A stretch of 64,000 nucleotides of DNA from an uncultured Hyphomicrobiales bacterium. GTDB lineage: Bacteria > Bacteroidota > Ignavibacteria > Kapaibacteriales > UBA2268. A program made the translations under genes and the position numbers. This document shows positions 1 to 11,100 of this stretch, piece by piece. The notes under the pieces are model-generated. The model searched no databases. It worked only from the letters and a program-made list of their open reading frames with translations, and was not told where the DNA came from. Numbering within the stretch: the first letter of the stretch is position 1; the number at the start of each line of letters is the position of its first letter. The DNA lies in the NCBI GenBank assembly GCA_964465945.1, contig CAYXMM010000005.1, positions 30,703 through 94,702 of the forward strand, in the 5' to 3' direction.

Positions 1-832
1 CAAGAATAATAAATTAGAATATGTAAACCTACAAGACAATGAATTTAAGAGTGAAATAGATTTTACAATTCAATCTGAATATTTAAAATATCTAAATTTA
101 AGTTCCAACGATTTCATTGGAAAAATTCCTAATATTATTGCACCAAATCTATTCAAATTAGATTTAGTTAGAAATATGTTCGATGATTTTTGCGATACGC
201 TTATAGTATATCCTCGAACATTTGTACTGATAACTAATAACCAAATAAACATCAAAATGATTTTTTTGGAGTTATGCGAGAATGCTATTAATCAAGGATT
301 TTCAAATCAGTACATATATCCAGAGCATATTATAGAATACAATAAACATGAAGAATTTGACTCATTATATGGCACTCTTTCAGATATTGATGTATTTCAA
401 AAAATAAATTACAATGACTTAACTCAAAGGATAGATTTTGAAGCAATTTTTAATGAAAATACTAATAAGTTTGAACTAGAAGACTTAGATACGAATATAT
501 TTACATATTCAGTATTAAAGTATGTAGATAATAAGTGGGTAGAAAGTGGACTTTCTATATGGGACTATGTTACAGAAGTTGGTATGTATAAAATCGTAGC
601 AAAGTCAAAATATTGTGACTACGCTTACGAGTATCCTTATATATATATTTCTAAACTTGATGTCGAAGATTATTCAGTTGATTGCTCTAATCTTCAAGTC
701 ATTGATTATTTTGATATGTTAGGGAATAAATTATATAAATCAGAAATATATAATAAGCAGATTATTGTAAGATATAAGTGCTTAGAAACAGGCGAAATAT
801 TTCACAAGTTGGAGATAATAGAATCCAATTAA
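1..832 (+). CDS. Partial (5'-truncated) leucine-rich-repeat-like protein; ORF in the 176-832 frame stays open back to the window start
   Basis: Frame of 176-832 translates without stops from nt 2 (…LEYVNLQDNEFKSEIDFTIQSEYLKYLNLSSNDFIGKIPNIIAPNLFKLDLVRN…), an LxxLxLxxN LRR-like periodicity; no upstream Met, so the gene begins before the window. Confidence 0.45.
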   Translation, partial: KNNKLEYVNLQDNEFKSEIDFTIQSEYLKYLNLSSNDFIGKIPNIIAPNLFKLDLVRNMFDDFCDTLIVYPRTFVLITNNQINIKMIFLELCENAINQGFSNQYIYPEHIIEYNKHEEFDSLYGTLSDIDVFQKINYNDLTQRIDFEAIFNENTNKFELEDLDTNIFTYSVLKYVDNKWVESGLSIWDYVTEVGMYKIVAKSKYCDYAYEYPYIYISKLDVEDYSVDCSNLQVIDYFDMLGNKLYKSEIYNKQIIVRYKCLETGEIFHKLEIIESN

Positions 833-906
833 CCATTTTAAACTTATAATTCTTAATAATAACTTATTAAATTGCACAAAAGAGAACTCATTTCAGTTCT
901 CTTTTT

Positions 907-2352
907 TTATGCTTTACTTTTTTTCCATTTAGAATTATAGTAGAAAAATATCGGTAATCCTAAAGCAACTAAAAATAATCCAAATACAGAATTAATTACT
1001 TCCGTTCTACCACTAAGATAATTATCAATATCATTATAAAGAGTGAAAATTACAAATAAACTTGCGAAAAATACAAAGATAGCAGGAATATAAGGATAGC
1101 CAATAACCTTGTAAGGTCGAGGAACTTCTGGCATTTTTTTCCTTAAAATAAATACTCCATAAGCCCCAGCAGCGTAGAATATCCAAGAAACAAAAATTAA
1201 CATATCAGTTAAAGTATCAAATGTACCAGTAAAAACTAATAGACAACTCCATATTGCTTGCCATATTAATGAGTTAGCAGGTGTTTTCCAACGAGAATGC
1301 GATTTCCCGATATTTTGAAAAAACATACCATTTCTTGACATTGCGTAATAAACTCTTGCTGAAACCATTATCGTTCCGTTTGAGGTCCCAAATGTTGAAA
1401 TCATTACTGCCGCCGAAACAAACGCGGCACCAAGTTGTCCCATAGTTAGCAATGCCACGTCTGCTGCAACAATTGTACTCTTTGCCATAGTTTCAATATC
1501 TAACACATACAGATAAGCAAAGTTAATCAACAAGTAAACACTGATAATTATTAATGTTCCGAATATCAACGATTTAGGGATAGTTTCTTGAGGTTTTTTC
1601 ACTTCACCGGCAATATAAGTAATATTATTCCATCCATCGTAGCTCCAAAAAGCACCAGAAAGAGCTGCAATTATTCCAGCAAAAATCCCTGCTCCTTTGA
1701 ATGAATACACTTCAGCGTTCGTAGTCAAGTGGTCAATAGAACCACCCCATGAGAATGCAAAATAAACAAGAACAAATATTGCTAAAACCTTTGCGATTGT
1801 GAAAATATTTGCAATTCTGCCTCCAAATATAACACCAAAATAATTTGCTGCTGAAAGCAAAATTATTGCCCCGCAAGTTATAAGTTTAATTCCAAAATAC
1901 TTTAAAAGGTAGATTTTACCTATAAATGGAATAAAAAAATATGTTTCATCTATTGTATCTTTTGAAAATAAATCGGGTATAAAAAAAGCATGAAAATACT
2001 GCGAATACTCTGCGAAAACCCATGTTATTGAGGCAATCGAACCCGTTTGAATTATTCCAAAAAGTCCCCACCCATATAAGAATGCAAATAAACGCCCATA
2101 CATCTTCTCAAAAAATACATATTGTCCACCTGTAGCAGTTATCATAGAAGCAATTTCGGCATTTGTTAGTGCTCCAAATAGAGTAAGCAAACCTGCAACA
2201 ACCCAAACACCAATCAATAATTCAGGCGAACCTAACTGGTCTGCCATTACAGCAGGCTTCTTAAATATACCGGACCCTATTACTGCTCCAACTACTATTG
2301 TTAAAGTTGTAAAAAAGGTTAAACTTTGACTTAATTCATTTTCTTCTTTCAT
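907..2352 (-). CDS. APC-family amino acid permease (12-TM transporter)
   Basis: 481 aa, highly hydrophobic with multiple TM helices; N-terminal GAVIGSGIF motif typical of amino-acid/polyamine/organocation permeases. Confidence 0.75.
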   Translation of the reverse strand: MKEENELSQSLTFFTTLTIVVGAVIGSGIFKKPAVMADQLGSPELLIGVWVVAGLLTLFGALTNAEIASMITATGGQYVFFEKMYGRLFAFLYGWGLFGIIQTGSIASITWVFAEYSQYFHAFFIPDLFSKDTIDETYFFIPFIGKIYLLKYFGIKLITCGAIILLSAANYFGVIFGGRIANIFTIAKVLAIFVLVYFAFSWGGSIDHLTTNAEVYSFKGAGIFAGIIAALSGAFWSYDGWNNITYIAGEVKKPQETIPKSLIFGTLIIISVYLLINFAYLYVLDIETMAKSTIVAADVALLTMGQLGAAFVSAAVMISTFGTSNGTIMVSARVYYAMSRNGMFFQNIGKSHSRWKTPANSLIWQAIWSCLLVFTGTFDTLTDMLIFVSWIFYAAGAYGVFILRKKMPEVPRPYKVIGYPYIPAIFVFFASLFVIFTLYNDIDNYLSGRTEVINSVFGLFLVALGLPIFFYYNSKWKKSKA

Positions 2353-2472
2353 AAATTTTATTTAATTCAAATTTAAAATTAAAAAACATTAATTTTAAAA
2401 AAAAATAAGATTTTAAATCGTTTAAAACTATTTCATATTTTTTTATAATTTTGTAAATAATTAAAAAGGAAA

Positions 2473-3138
2473 ATGATTATGTCATCAAGACCAACTGAAA
2501 TTTCAAATGATATTTATAACTATCTACTTGAAAACTTCTCAGCAGAAGATGATTTTTTATTAAATCTAAAAAAAGAAGCAACAAAAGCCGGTATTCCTGA
2601 AATTTGTATATCACCAGAACAAGGTAAGTTCTTACAATTCTTTTTAAGAACAATTAATGCTAAAAAAGTTCTCGAAATTGGCTCGTTAGCTGGGTACTCC
2701 GCTATTGTAATGGCAAGAGCATTGCCTAATGATGCTCATTTAATTGCTGTTGAACTAAACCCAAAAAATGCTGATTTCATTAAAGAACAAGTCAAAAATG
2801 CAGGTTTAGAGCATATAATCGAAGTTGTGAACCAAGATGCTCAAAAATTCGTAGAGACATTTAAGCCAAACTATCAATTAGATTTTGTCTTTATAGATGC
2901 TGACAAAAGAGCATATCATAAGTATTTTGATTATACTGCTCCACTTGTTAGAAAGGGTGGAGTAATTTGTGCCGATAACGCTCTTGCTTTTGGTATGATT
3001 GCTCAAGAGAAACCAGAATCAGAACCAAAGAATGTGAAAGCAATTAAAGATTATAATCAAAAAGTGATTAGTCATAAAGACTTTTTCACTACTCTTGTTA
3101 CTATGGGCGATGGTATGGCAATGTCTGTTAAATTATAA
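2473..3138 (+). CDS. Class I SAM-dependent O-methyltransferase (caffeoyl-CoA OMT-like)
   Basis: 221 aa; VLEIGSLAGYS glycine-rich SAM-binding motif, ~220 aa typical of the O-MT family 3. Confidence 0.7.
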   Translation: MIMSSRPTEISNDIYNYLLENFSAEDDFLLNLKKEATKAGIPEICISPEQGKFLQFFLRTINAKKVLEIGSLAGYSAIVMARALPNDAHLIAVELNPKNADFIKEQVKNAGLEHIIEVVNQDAQKFVETFKPNYQLDFVFIDADKRAYHKYFDYTAPLVRKGGVICADNALAFGMIAQEKPESEPKNVKAIKDYNQKVISHKDFFTTLVTMGDGMAMSVKL

Positions 3139-3150
3139 ACAAAGGTTGAA

Positions 3151-4563
3151 TTGAAAAATATCATTGTTTTATCTTTAATTTTTATTCTTTTTGCATGTAA
3201 ATCTAATCACATTCCAAAGTCTGGATTTGCATTTCAGCAAGACACATTTTCTGCTGATTCAAATGTAAAGAAAATATATATTGTTGATACAAAACCAATT
3301 GACTCAATAAATGTTAATCAAATGATTTATGATATTTTTCGTGTCGACTATTCAAAATACCCAGATTCAATAAAATTATATGCTCGCCCTTATGATTCAT
3401 TAGGTAACTTCGTTACTCAAATGGCATATCCTTACAAAACTTCCAAAATAGAATATTTCTCTTCTCTCGATGAACGTCTCGGCAAAGTTTATAATGTCAA
3501 AGATACAAATATAAAAGAGTTCTTTGTAAGAGAGTATGGTAAAGGAGACTCTATTGCATTTAATATAATGCTAACAATAGATTATAGCGGTTCTATTTCG
3601 CAAATGATTGACCTCGTCAAAGAAGGGACTGAACTTTTTGTTTCTTTAAAATATCCATACGACAAAATTGGAATTAATTCATTCAATGACAAATTTGATA
3701 TTAAAGTCCCTTTAACAGATGATTTAGAGCAAATTATACAAACATTTCGCCTGAGAGCAAATCAGAATATGGGCTTATTTTCTGCTTTCTTTGATGCCGC
3801 TTACAACTCAATAGAATTATTCAAAGATACAGATACACTAACTCCAAGAATACTTGTCCTTTTTTCTGATGGTGATGACAATTATTCCAAAGTTGAGTAT
3901 GGTGAAGTAATAGAAAAAGCCCAGAAATTCGGAGTTAATATTTTCACTATTGCATTTGGCTACTCAATAGATGAAAATCTTGAAAATCTATCAAAATATA
4001 CCGGAGGTAAATCATACAAAGCATACTCAAAAGAAGAACTTCTGGCTGTTTTCCGAGACATTTATAATAGTTTAAGAAACTACTACTTAATTTCTTACCA
4101 TCCACCAAAATACTGGGGCTATCATAAAGTATTTTCAGAGCTAACGTTGCCCGGTCGAGATAGTGCAATGATAGCAGAAGCAGAATACAACACTGGCGAT
4201 ATTACTCCTTGGTCTGATTTAAGCGATATATTCTCACGTCCAATTTTGTTCGAGTTTGACAAAGCTGAAATATTATCACAATCATCTCAAATTCTTGATG
4301 AAATTACAGATGCTATGATGATAATTCCAAACCTTCGCCTCGAAATTCAAGGTCATACCGACAATATGGGGACTCAAGAATATAACCTAAATCTATCAAA
4401 TAATAGAGCAAAAGCAGTCTATGAAGGATTGATAAGCAGAGGTATCGAAGCAAGAAGATTGCGTTGGCGCGGTTTCGGAATGAATAGACCAATAGCACCA
4501 AACGACACAGAAGAAAATAAAGCAAAAAATAGAAGAACAGAATTTGTAATTATTGCGAAGTAA
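3151..4563 (+). CDS. OmpA-family lipoprotein with vWA-like middle domain
   Basis: Signal peptide plus lipobox (LFAC); C-terminus NLRLEIQGHTDNMGTQEYNLNLSNNRAKAV…NRRTEFVII is a classic OmpA C-terminal peptidoglycan-binding domain; middle region shows vWA-like alternating pattern. Confidence 0.7.
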   Translation: MKNIIVLSLIFILFACKSNHIPKSGFAFQQDTFSADSNVKKIYIVDTKPIDSINVNQMIYDIFRVDYSKYPDSIKLYARPYDSLGNFVTQMAYPYKTSKIEYFSSLDERLGKVYNVKDTNIKEFFVREYGKGDSIAFNIMLTIDYSGSISQMIDLVKEGTELFVSLKYPYDKIGINSFNDKFDIKVPLTDDLEQIIQTFRLRANQNMGLFSAFFDAAYNSIELFKDTDTLTPRILVLFSDGDDNYSKVEYGEVIEKAQKFGVNIFTIAFGYSIDENLENLSKYTGGKSYKAYSKEELLAVFRDIYNSLRNYYLISYHPPKYWGYHKVFSELTLPGRDSAMIAEAEYNTGDITPWSDLSDIFSRPILFEFDKAEILSQSSQILDEITDAMMIIPNLRLEIQGHTDNMGTQEYNLNLSNNRAKAVYEGLISRGIEARRLRWRGFGMNRPIAPNDTEENKAKNRRTEFVIIAK

Positions 4564-6100
4564 TCCTCTTATATATTTGAAAATCGCCAAATATTTCAAC
4601 TATTTTAAAATTATATTTTATATAAGCATCTAAATTTTTTCCATCGTCAAGTATTTGATTTTCAACTACTTTATTATCTCTCAAAATAATATATCTAACC
4701 TTGCTTTTCTCAATTTCATTTATTATTACTTTTTGCGTTTTGCTTATAGTTGTAATGCCAGGGTGCAACTCATGGTATTTAGTTGCTGGCAACCTTTTAG
4801 CAAAGTAATAAAATGCTGCTTCATTTATAAAAGTATTGTCATGACCGGTTTCACCTACATAAATCTTTTCCTTTTCTGAAGTATTTGATTTTATATATTT
4901 AACTGATTTTTCTAAGTTTAAATAATATTCATGATTCAAGTATAAGTTATTTATCCCAGTCAACTGACTTTTAACTATATTTGGAAAAATATTTTTTATG
5001 ATTGATACTTTTCTACCAACTATATTTGGTAAAAATACAAAGAAAGCCACAACTAATATCATTTTATGATTTATTAGTTTTTTTAATAAATAGAAATAAG
5101 ATATACTTGCTAAAATTGCTGCGGGCGTACTATGTTCTAACTCTGACCTTACCAGCATTTGATTTGTAAATATTAAAATCCCAATTAGAAGTAATAATTC
5201 TTTATTTTCAATTACTTTAAATTTAATAAATTTTATAATATAAAGTAAAATTGTAAAAAATGGAATGTAGAAAGTCAAGCTATGTAGGGTGCTTTTTATA
5301 AATCGTAGAATACCAAACGATTCAGTTCCTAAATATTCAAATGGTTGCGGAAAAGGAATACTCCTATATTTTGGAAAAACTTCTTTGGGAATTATTATCA
5401 AATCATTATATACTGCACTCCAGCTAACGTTAAATATTAGATAAGTTATAAAAATAATTAATGGTATTAACCCTATAGACTGAAAAAACATTGACTTAAA
5501 ATAATTAGCGACATTTCTATCTTTATAATTAACATATAAAAAATATAAATTCAATAGAAATAGCGCAAGTAAACCCACATCATGCCTAAAAAAAATAGTA
5601 ATTGAAACTAAAAAACCAAGCAAAGTGTAATTCAACTTTTTATTTTTATCTTCACATTTTAAAATATACCAAAGAGTGAGTAAAACTAATAAAACAGATG
5701 TCGTAATCCCTCTATTATAAATTTCCAAGCCACCAAGCCACAATGCACTCATTAACACTGAATAAATATAATATTTGTTTCCAAAAAGCAAAATTGATAT
5801 TCTTGCAACTAAAACTAATATTCCTAATTGCAAAAATGAAAGAATGAATCTTATAAAAATCACTTCTCTACTGATTAATTGTAGAAAAGCATCTAAGTAA
5901 AATTGTCCTGGAGCATACATCGTGAAGAAGTCTCTGTACGGCAAATCTCCATGTAGAATTCTCATTCCGCCAGTTAAAACAATACCCGAATCATAAGGAT
6001 TAAATCCAAATTGTATAGTTGAAATTATATAAAAGTAGCCGACAATTATGACAAAAGTCGGCTGTTTTAATAAAAATATTAATTTCTCCTTACTATCCAT
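4550..6100 (-). CDS. Polytopic membrane glycosyltransferase (GT39/ArnT/PMT-like)
   Basis: 516 aa with >10 TM helices in the N-terminal two thirds and a soluble C-terminal domain; conserved-looking first loop with DxxxY…R residues. Confidence 0.4.
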   Translation of the reverse strand: MDSKEKLIFLLKQPTFVIIVGYFYIISTIQFGFNPYDSGIVLTGGMRILHGDLPYRDFFTMYAPGQFYLDAFLQLISREVIFIRFILSFLQLGILVLVARISILLFGNKYYIYSVLMSALWLGGLEIYNRGITTSVLLVLLTLWYILKCEDKNKKLNYTLLGFLVSITIFFRHDVGLLALFLLNLYFLYVNYKDRNVANYFKSMFFQSIGLIPLIIFITYLIFNVSWSAVYNDLIIIPKEVFPKYRSIPFPQPFEYLGTESFGILRFIKSTLHSLTFYIPFFTILLYIIKFIKFKVIENKELLLLIGILIFTNQMLVRSELEHSTPAAILASISYFYLLKKLINHKMILVVAFFVFLPNIVGRKVSIIKNIFPNIVKSQLTGINNLYLNHEYYLNLEKSVKYIKSNTSEKEKIYVGETGHDNTFINEAAFYYFAKRLPATKYHELHPGITTISKTQKVIINEIEKSKVRYIILRDNKVVENQILDDGKNLDAYIKYNFKIVEIFGDFQIYKRITSQ

Positions 6101-7269
6101 TATTTAGAAAATTTAAAGGCGTTTTCTAAATCTTCAATCAAGTCGGCGATATTTTCTATACCCACAGACAAACGAATTAAATTATCTGTTAATCCAATCT
6201 TCTCTCTTTCTGCTTTTGGTATTGAAGCATGTGTCATAATAGCAGGATGTTCAATCAAGCTTTCAACACCACCAAGACTCTCTGCTAACATAAATAAATG
6301 CACATTCTCTAAGAACTTTCTGGATGCTTCAATTCCACCTTTTATAAAGAAAGTAATCATTCCACCAAACCCAGACATCTGTTCTTTTGCTAAATTATGT
6401 TGCGGATGAGATTCTAACCCTGGATAGGTTACTTTTTCAACTTGTGGGTGCGATTCTAAATATTTTGCTACTTTCATTGCATTTTCATTATGACGATCCA
6501 TTCTCACACCAAGAGTTTTCACCCCACGCAAAACCAACCAACTATCAAAAGGCGATTGACTAGGTCCTATTGAATTTTGCAAATATTTTAAACGACTATA
6601 TATATCGTCATCACTTGTCATTATTGCCCCAGCCACAACATCACTATGTCCGTTTATATATTTACTCATTGAATGATAAGCAATATCTGCTCCTAATGTA
6701 ATTGGATTTTGAAAATAAGGACTCATAAAAGTATTATCCACTACGGACATTGCCCCAACTTCACGAGCAGCCGCTGTTAATTTTCGAATATCGCTAATCT
6801 TCAATAGGGGATTAGTAGGAGATTCTATCCATAATAATTTTGGTTTTAATGCTTTAAGTTTCGCAATAGTTTCATCTGTTTTTGTTGTGTCAGTAAAATG
6901 AAACTCAAAATCATTTTGCACTACATTTGTGAAAAGTCTATAAGTTCCACCATAAACATCATCTCCACATAAAACCTTATCACCTCTATTCAAAAGTTGA
7001 GTTATCAAATGGGTTGCACTCATACCAGTAGCAGTAACAACACAATATTTAGCATTTTCTAAACTCGCTAAACACTCTTCTAATCTAACTCTTGTTGGAT
7101 TATGCGTCCTTGAATACTCATACCCTTTGTGAATTCCAGGTGAAGATTGAACATAAGTTGAAGTTTGAAAAATCGGTGGTGAAATAGCACCAGTTGATGG
7201 GTCTGGCTCATTTCCAACGTGTAACGCTCTTGTGCTAAACCCTTTTTTTAAATAAAAATCCTTTTCCAT
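6100..7269 (-). CDS. PLP-dependent Cys/Met metabolism enzyme (cystathionine gamma-synthase/beta-lyase family)
   Basis: 389 aa; SMSKYINGHSD PLP-lysine motif, size and overall pattern of the MetB/MetC/MegL family. Confidence 0.8.
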   Translation of the reverse strand: MEKDFYLKKGFSTRALHVGNEPDPSTGAISPPIFQTSTYVQSSPGIHKGYEYSRTHNPTRVRLEECLASLENAKYCVVTATGMSATHLITQLLNRGDKVLCGDDVYGGTYRLFTNVVQNDFEFHFTDTTKTDETIAKLKALKPKLLWIESPTNPLLKISDIRKLTAAAREVGAMSVVDNTFMSPYFQNPITLGADIAYHSMSKYINGHSDVVAGAIMTSDDDIYSRLKYLQNSIGPSQSPFDSWLVLRGVKTLGVRMDRHNENAMKVAKYLESHPQVEKVTYPGLESHPQHNLAKEQMSGFGGMITFFIKGGIEASRKFLENVHLFMLAESLGGVESLIEHPAIMTHASIPKAEREKIGLTDNLIRLSVGIENIADLIEDLENAFKFSK

Positions 7270-7321
7270 AAATCTTTCACATTATAAACATTATAAATAA
7301 AGCAAAATTAAGAAAATAAAA

Positions 7322-7855
7322 TTACAATATTAAACTATACAGATTATGGCTTTTCCAACCCTCCTCACTCAAAAATAAATCGCTTATTGTCCCATCATAT
7401 TTGAATCCAAATTTTAAGAACAAGTTCTTTGATGGCTCATTTTCACTTAATATTGTAGCTCTCAAAGAATGAAGAGATAACTCATCTCGAGCAAAAGAAA
7501 TAATAAAATTCATTGCATCGCTACCGATTCCCATTCTTACAAAATCCTTGTCAATTTTAATCCCGACAAATGCAGATGAAATATTACCGTACTTAATATC
7601 ATATAGAGAAACATCGCCAATTATATTTTCACCTTGTTTTTCAAAAATATAAAATCTAAAAAAAACACCCTCATTATTAAGTTTCATTTCTTCGAACAAA
7701 ATATTTTCACAATTATTAAAAGTAAAAAAATCATCTTTTTTAATAGGCATAGAAGTTTTGTGGAAAACTCTATTGTTTTCTATAAACCTTAATAAATCAA
7801 TAGTATAATCACTATTTAAAATTTTATAAGTATAATTATTTGTATCAAAAATCAT
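7322..7855 (-). CDS. GNAT family N-acetyltransferase
   Basis: 177 aa; the VRMGIGSDAMNFIISFA region resembles the acetyl-CoA-binding motif A of GNATs. Confidence 0.6.
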   Translation of the reverse strand: MIFDTNNYTYKILNSDYTIDLLRFIENNRVFHKTSMPIKKDDFFTFNNCENILFEEMKLNNEGVFFRFYIFEKQGENIIGDVSLYDIKYGNISSAFVGIKIDKDFVRMGIGSDAMNFIISFARDELSLHSLRATILSENEPSKNLFLKFGFKYDGTISDLFLSEEGWKSHNLYSLIL

Positions 7856-7933
7856 AATTTTTTAAAAAATAATTTGCATATTAAAAAAAAAATCCTTAAT
7901 TTTGAAGTCTATTTTGTTCTGATAGAATAAAAA

Positions 7934-8005
7934 AATTAAAAATGGTCCCTTCGTCTAGCGGTTAGGACATCGCCCTTTCACGGCGGTAACACGGGTTCGA
8001 GTCCC
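7934..8005 (+). tRNA. tRNA-Glu (anticodon UUC); its 3' end is the prophage attachment site
   Basis: Cloverleaf folded by hand: acceptor ggtccct/agggatc (one G-U pair), D stem gtct/ggac, anticodon stem tcgcc/ggcgg with loop cTTTCAc (U33, anticodon TTC, A37), T arm acggg-ttcgagt-cccgt, discriminator A; no encoded CCA. Confidence 0.85.
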
Positions 8006-8010
8006 GTAGG
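7992..8010. repeat. attL core: 19-bp direct repeat tcccgtagggatcacttaa (tRNA-Glu 3' end)
   Basis: Identical 19-mer at 60220-60238; the left copy overlaps the tRNA T-arm/acceptor 3' half. Confidence 0.8.
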
Positions 8011-8014
8011 GATC

Positions 8015-8046
8015 ACTTAATAAGAAGCGAGTTATTTATTTAACTC
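8015..8046 (+). terminator. Intrinsic terminator supplied by the prophage just after the reconstituted tRNA-Glu end
   Basis: aagcgagtt-atttattt-aactcgctt followed by tttttt; an A-run precedes it on the other strand, so it could also end the leftward tape-measure operon. Confidence 0.5.
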
Positions 8047-8119
8047 GCTTTTTTTATTTATAGTTATAAGATTAATTTATTGTTAATATTATTTTTTAAG
8101 TGTCCGTTTTGGTGTCTTT

Positions 8120-11100
8120 TTACGTTCTTGCCCGTTTTTTACCACTTTTTGATATTCGTTTTATTGATTTGTGAATTGACTCATCACTAATGCTAAAATC
8201 TAAATTATTCACAACATCAATCAATTTGTCGAACTTCTTACTAATATTATTGTTTGACGTTTGAATAGCTTTATTTATTATTGATTCAAATTGAGAACTT
8301 GTAAGAATGTCATTTGGTAAAATAGAATGGTTATTATTACCTAATTGGACGCTATTTAAGTTAGTCGGTGTTGAATTATTTATATATGAATTGTATTTAC
8401 TTAATACAACCGATTCTATTTCTTTATACTCTCTTGTTGGAATTTTATTATCAATATATTCTGATTTAGTTTTAGAATATGTGTTGTAGTTAGTAATATA
8501 GTCATTGAAATTCTCAAATGTAAAACTTTCATTTTTAAAGATAGTCTTAATTTCATTTAAGTTCGACATTGCATTACTTAGTTTCTCAGATATAACTGAA
8601 TTGTTATATAAATGCTGCTTGTTTATACTATATTCTTCAATTATATAACGTTTAATGTCTTCGTTAATAATACCACTATTAATCTCTTTAATATTGATTT
8701 TAGTTTTAGCATAAACTTCATCTATTAAATTAAAGAAGTTCCCATTGACCTTATTAAAGTTATTTAACAATTCATTATATACTTCAACATTTTCTGTAGA
8801 TTTATGTTTGGAGAGCTCATACATACTTTGATTAATAATAATTTCATTTAGTTTTTTAATGTCTTTAGTGCTTGTAAACTCTTTAATTTGATTTACTTCT
8901 TTGATAAATGATTCAACAACATTTTTCATTATTAATCTCATTTGGTCATCTCTTAATATCCATTCAGAATTACTACCTGGTCGTGCTTCGGAAGCATCAC
9001 CGACAATAGCAAGAGTCGGCTTATCAACTCTTCCACCAGTTGAGAATGATAATAATCCAGATAAAACTGGATTTAACAACGCATTTACACCTGCATTCAC
9101 AATTCCAGTAATTGCAGGAATTAACAATAATGTAGCAATTCCACCCATAGCGGCGTTTATTTTTAATTGCCCTAATATTAATGTAGTAACAGCAGAAGTG
9201 GCTAGCTGTTTTAATGCACCAGCAACAACAGAGAATGCTTTACGCCAAGGTTCTTTCATTTCTTCTTCGCTACCCGTAATAGAAGAGAAAATTTCAGTAA
9301 TATTGCCTTGTAAATTTGAAGCTAAAAAGGTTATAACATCTCCTTTTTCTTTGATTTTACCTTCAACTCCTGACATTTTAGCATTTAATTCATCTAATTT
9401 TTTTGTATCTCCTGTTTTTTCTGCGCGTATTTGTTCTAATGCTAATTCTTCTGCTAATTGCTTTCTTTCAAGGTCCAATTTATCCATATCGGCTTTACGC
9501 TGTGAGAATAATTGCTCGCCTTTGCTTGTCTCTTGAATTACTTGTAATTTTTTCTGATGTTCTAGTTCGAGTGCTTCTTTTTTTTCGTTAAATAATCCTT
9601 GCGATATAAGTTCTGCTTCTTTTAATCTTTCTAATTCTTTAGAATTTTCTTCATATTCTTTAGTAATACCATTTGTAGCAATACTCGATGTAGTATTTGT
9701 AATTATTTCACGGAGTTTTAACTCGTTATCAATCCTTTTTTCGACTTCTTCAAGCTCTTTTTCGTGCTTAGCTTTTAATATATTATAATCTTCATCGTAA
9801 ATAGTTGAATATTGAGAATGAATATTCTTTTTAATTTCAAATTGCTTATTTTCAGATTCAATGACTTCAGTCTCTAATTTTTTAAGCTCAGCTTGTTGCT
9901 CGTATGTTATTTTACCACTGATTTTTAATTCATTCAATCCTTCAATTTTGTCTTTTTTGCTTTGAATTTCGCTCGCAATGTTGCTTAAATCATTCTCAAG
10001 TGCATTTGCTAATTCTAATCTCGGTTTTAATCCAATTTCAACTTGATATTCTAAGCTTTTTCTATTTTGCTCTTCAACTTTCTTTTTTATTTCTGATTCT
10101 TCAAGTTTTAAAGTTGAATTTAATTGAACTACCCCAACATTTTCATTTGCAATTTTATTATTAATCTCATCTACTTTAGCTTTAACTTCACTTTGTTCTT
10201 CTTTTTTTACTTTTATGCCTATTTTAATTGTCCCATCTGAATTTTCAATAATTTTATAATTTTCCAAAATACTTTTTTTCTCTGCTTCTAACGACTGCAA
10301 TTGTCTTGTTTTTAGTATTAAATCGTCCTCAGTAGTTTTCTTGCGACCTTCCAAAGCAATATTCATTTCTTGTTGGATTTTAAATTGTTCCAATGAATTT
10401 TTATTAATAACTTCATCTTGTTTAATGGCTTTGGTTGCAATTTGATATGCAGTCTCAGACTTTTCTTTCTTTTCAGCAAATAAATCTTCTTGTGATTTTT
10501 TCGTTTTTTCGAGTGTTTTTAATTGAGAGTTGGCTTCTTTAGTCAGTTTATATTGAGCTTGATATTCTGCTTCTGCTTCTTTAATAACTTTTTTATTACC
10601 ACTTGCTTTCGCTTCTCTACGCTTTCGTTCAAGTCCAGTAAGTTCCTGTAATTGTGAATTAAATTTATCGCCAGCTGCTTTTAAATCCTCACTAAAAGCA
10701 TCACCTAATGATTTAACTGCGGACTCTGTCCCTTGAACTGCTTCCTTAGATTTATTAATAGCACCTACCAATTTCTCAACTTCTTCAATCGGTTTGCCAG
10801 TAGCTGTTGCTATCTTCTTAAAAACTTCTTCGGTAGATAAACCCGCACTTGACCATTTCGCCGCCATTCCAGCAATATCATTCAAATAGCCATCATTTTT
10901 TCCTTTTAATGTATCATATTCTTGTTGTAAATCACTTGTATCAGCTCCCATTTTAACTTTTTCGCTAATTTTAGCTTGGAGCTCACCCATCTTAACTTCA
11001 TTCTCTTTGTATTTCTCACCCTCTTTCTCAATAGATTCTATATATTTTGCCTGATTAGAATCGAGTTTAGCACTATTAAGTTCTTTTTGCTTTTGTGCTG

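Noticed and set aside
70-255. 61-aa minus-strand ORF
   Set aside because: Overlapped by the continuous LRR-like reading frame that is open from the window start.
8901-9536. 211-aa plus-strand ORF (also 8307-8489, 9403-9591)
   Set aside because: Lies antisense inside the 1855-aa tape measure gene; low-complexity translation of the opposite strand, no start context.
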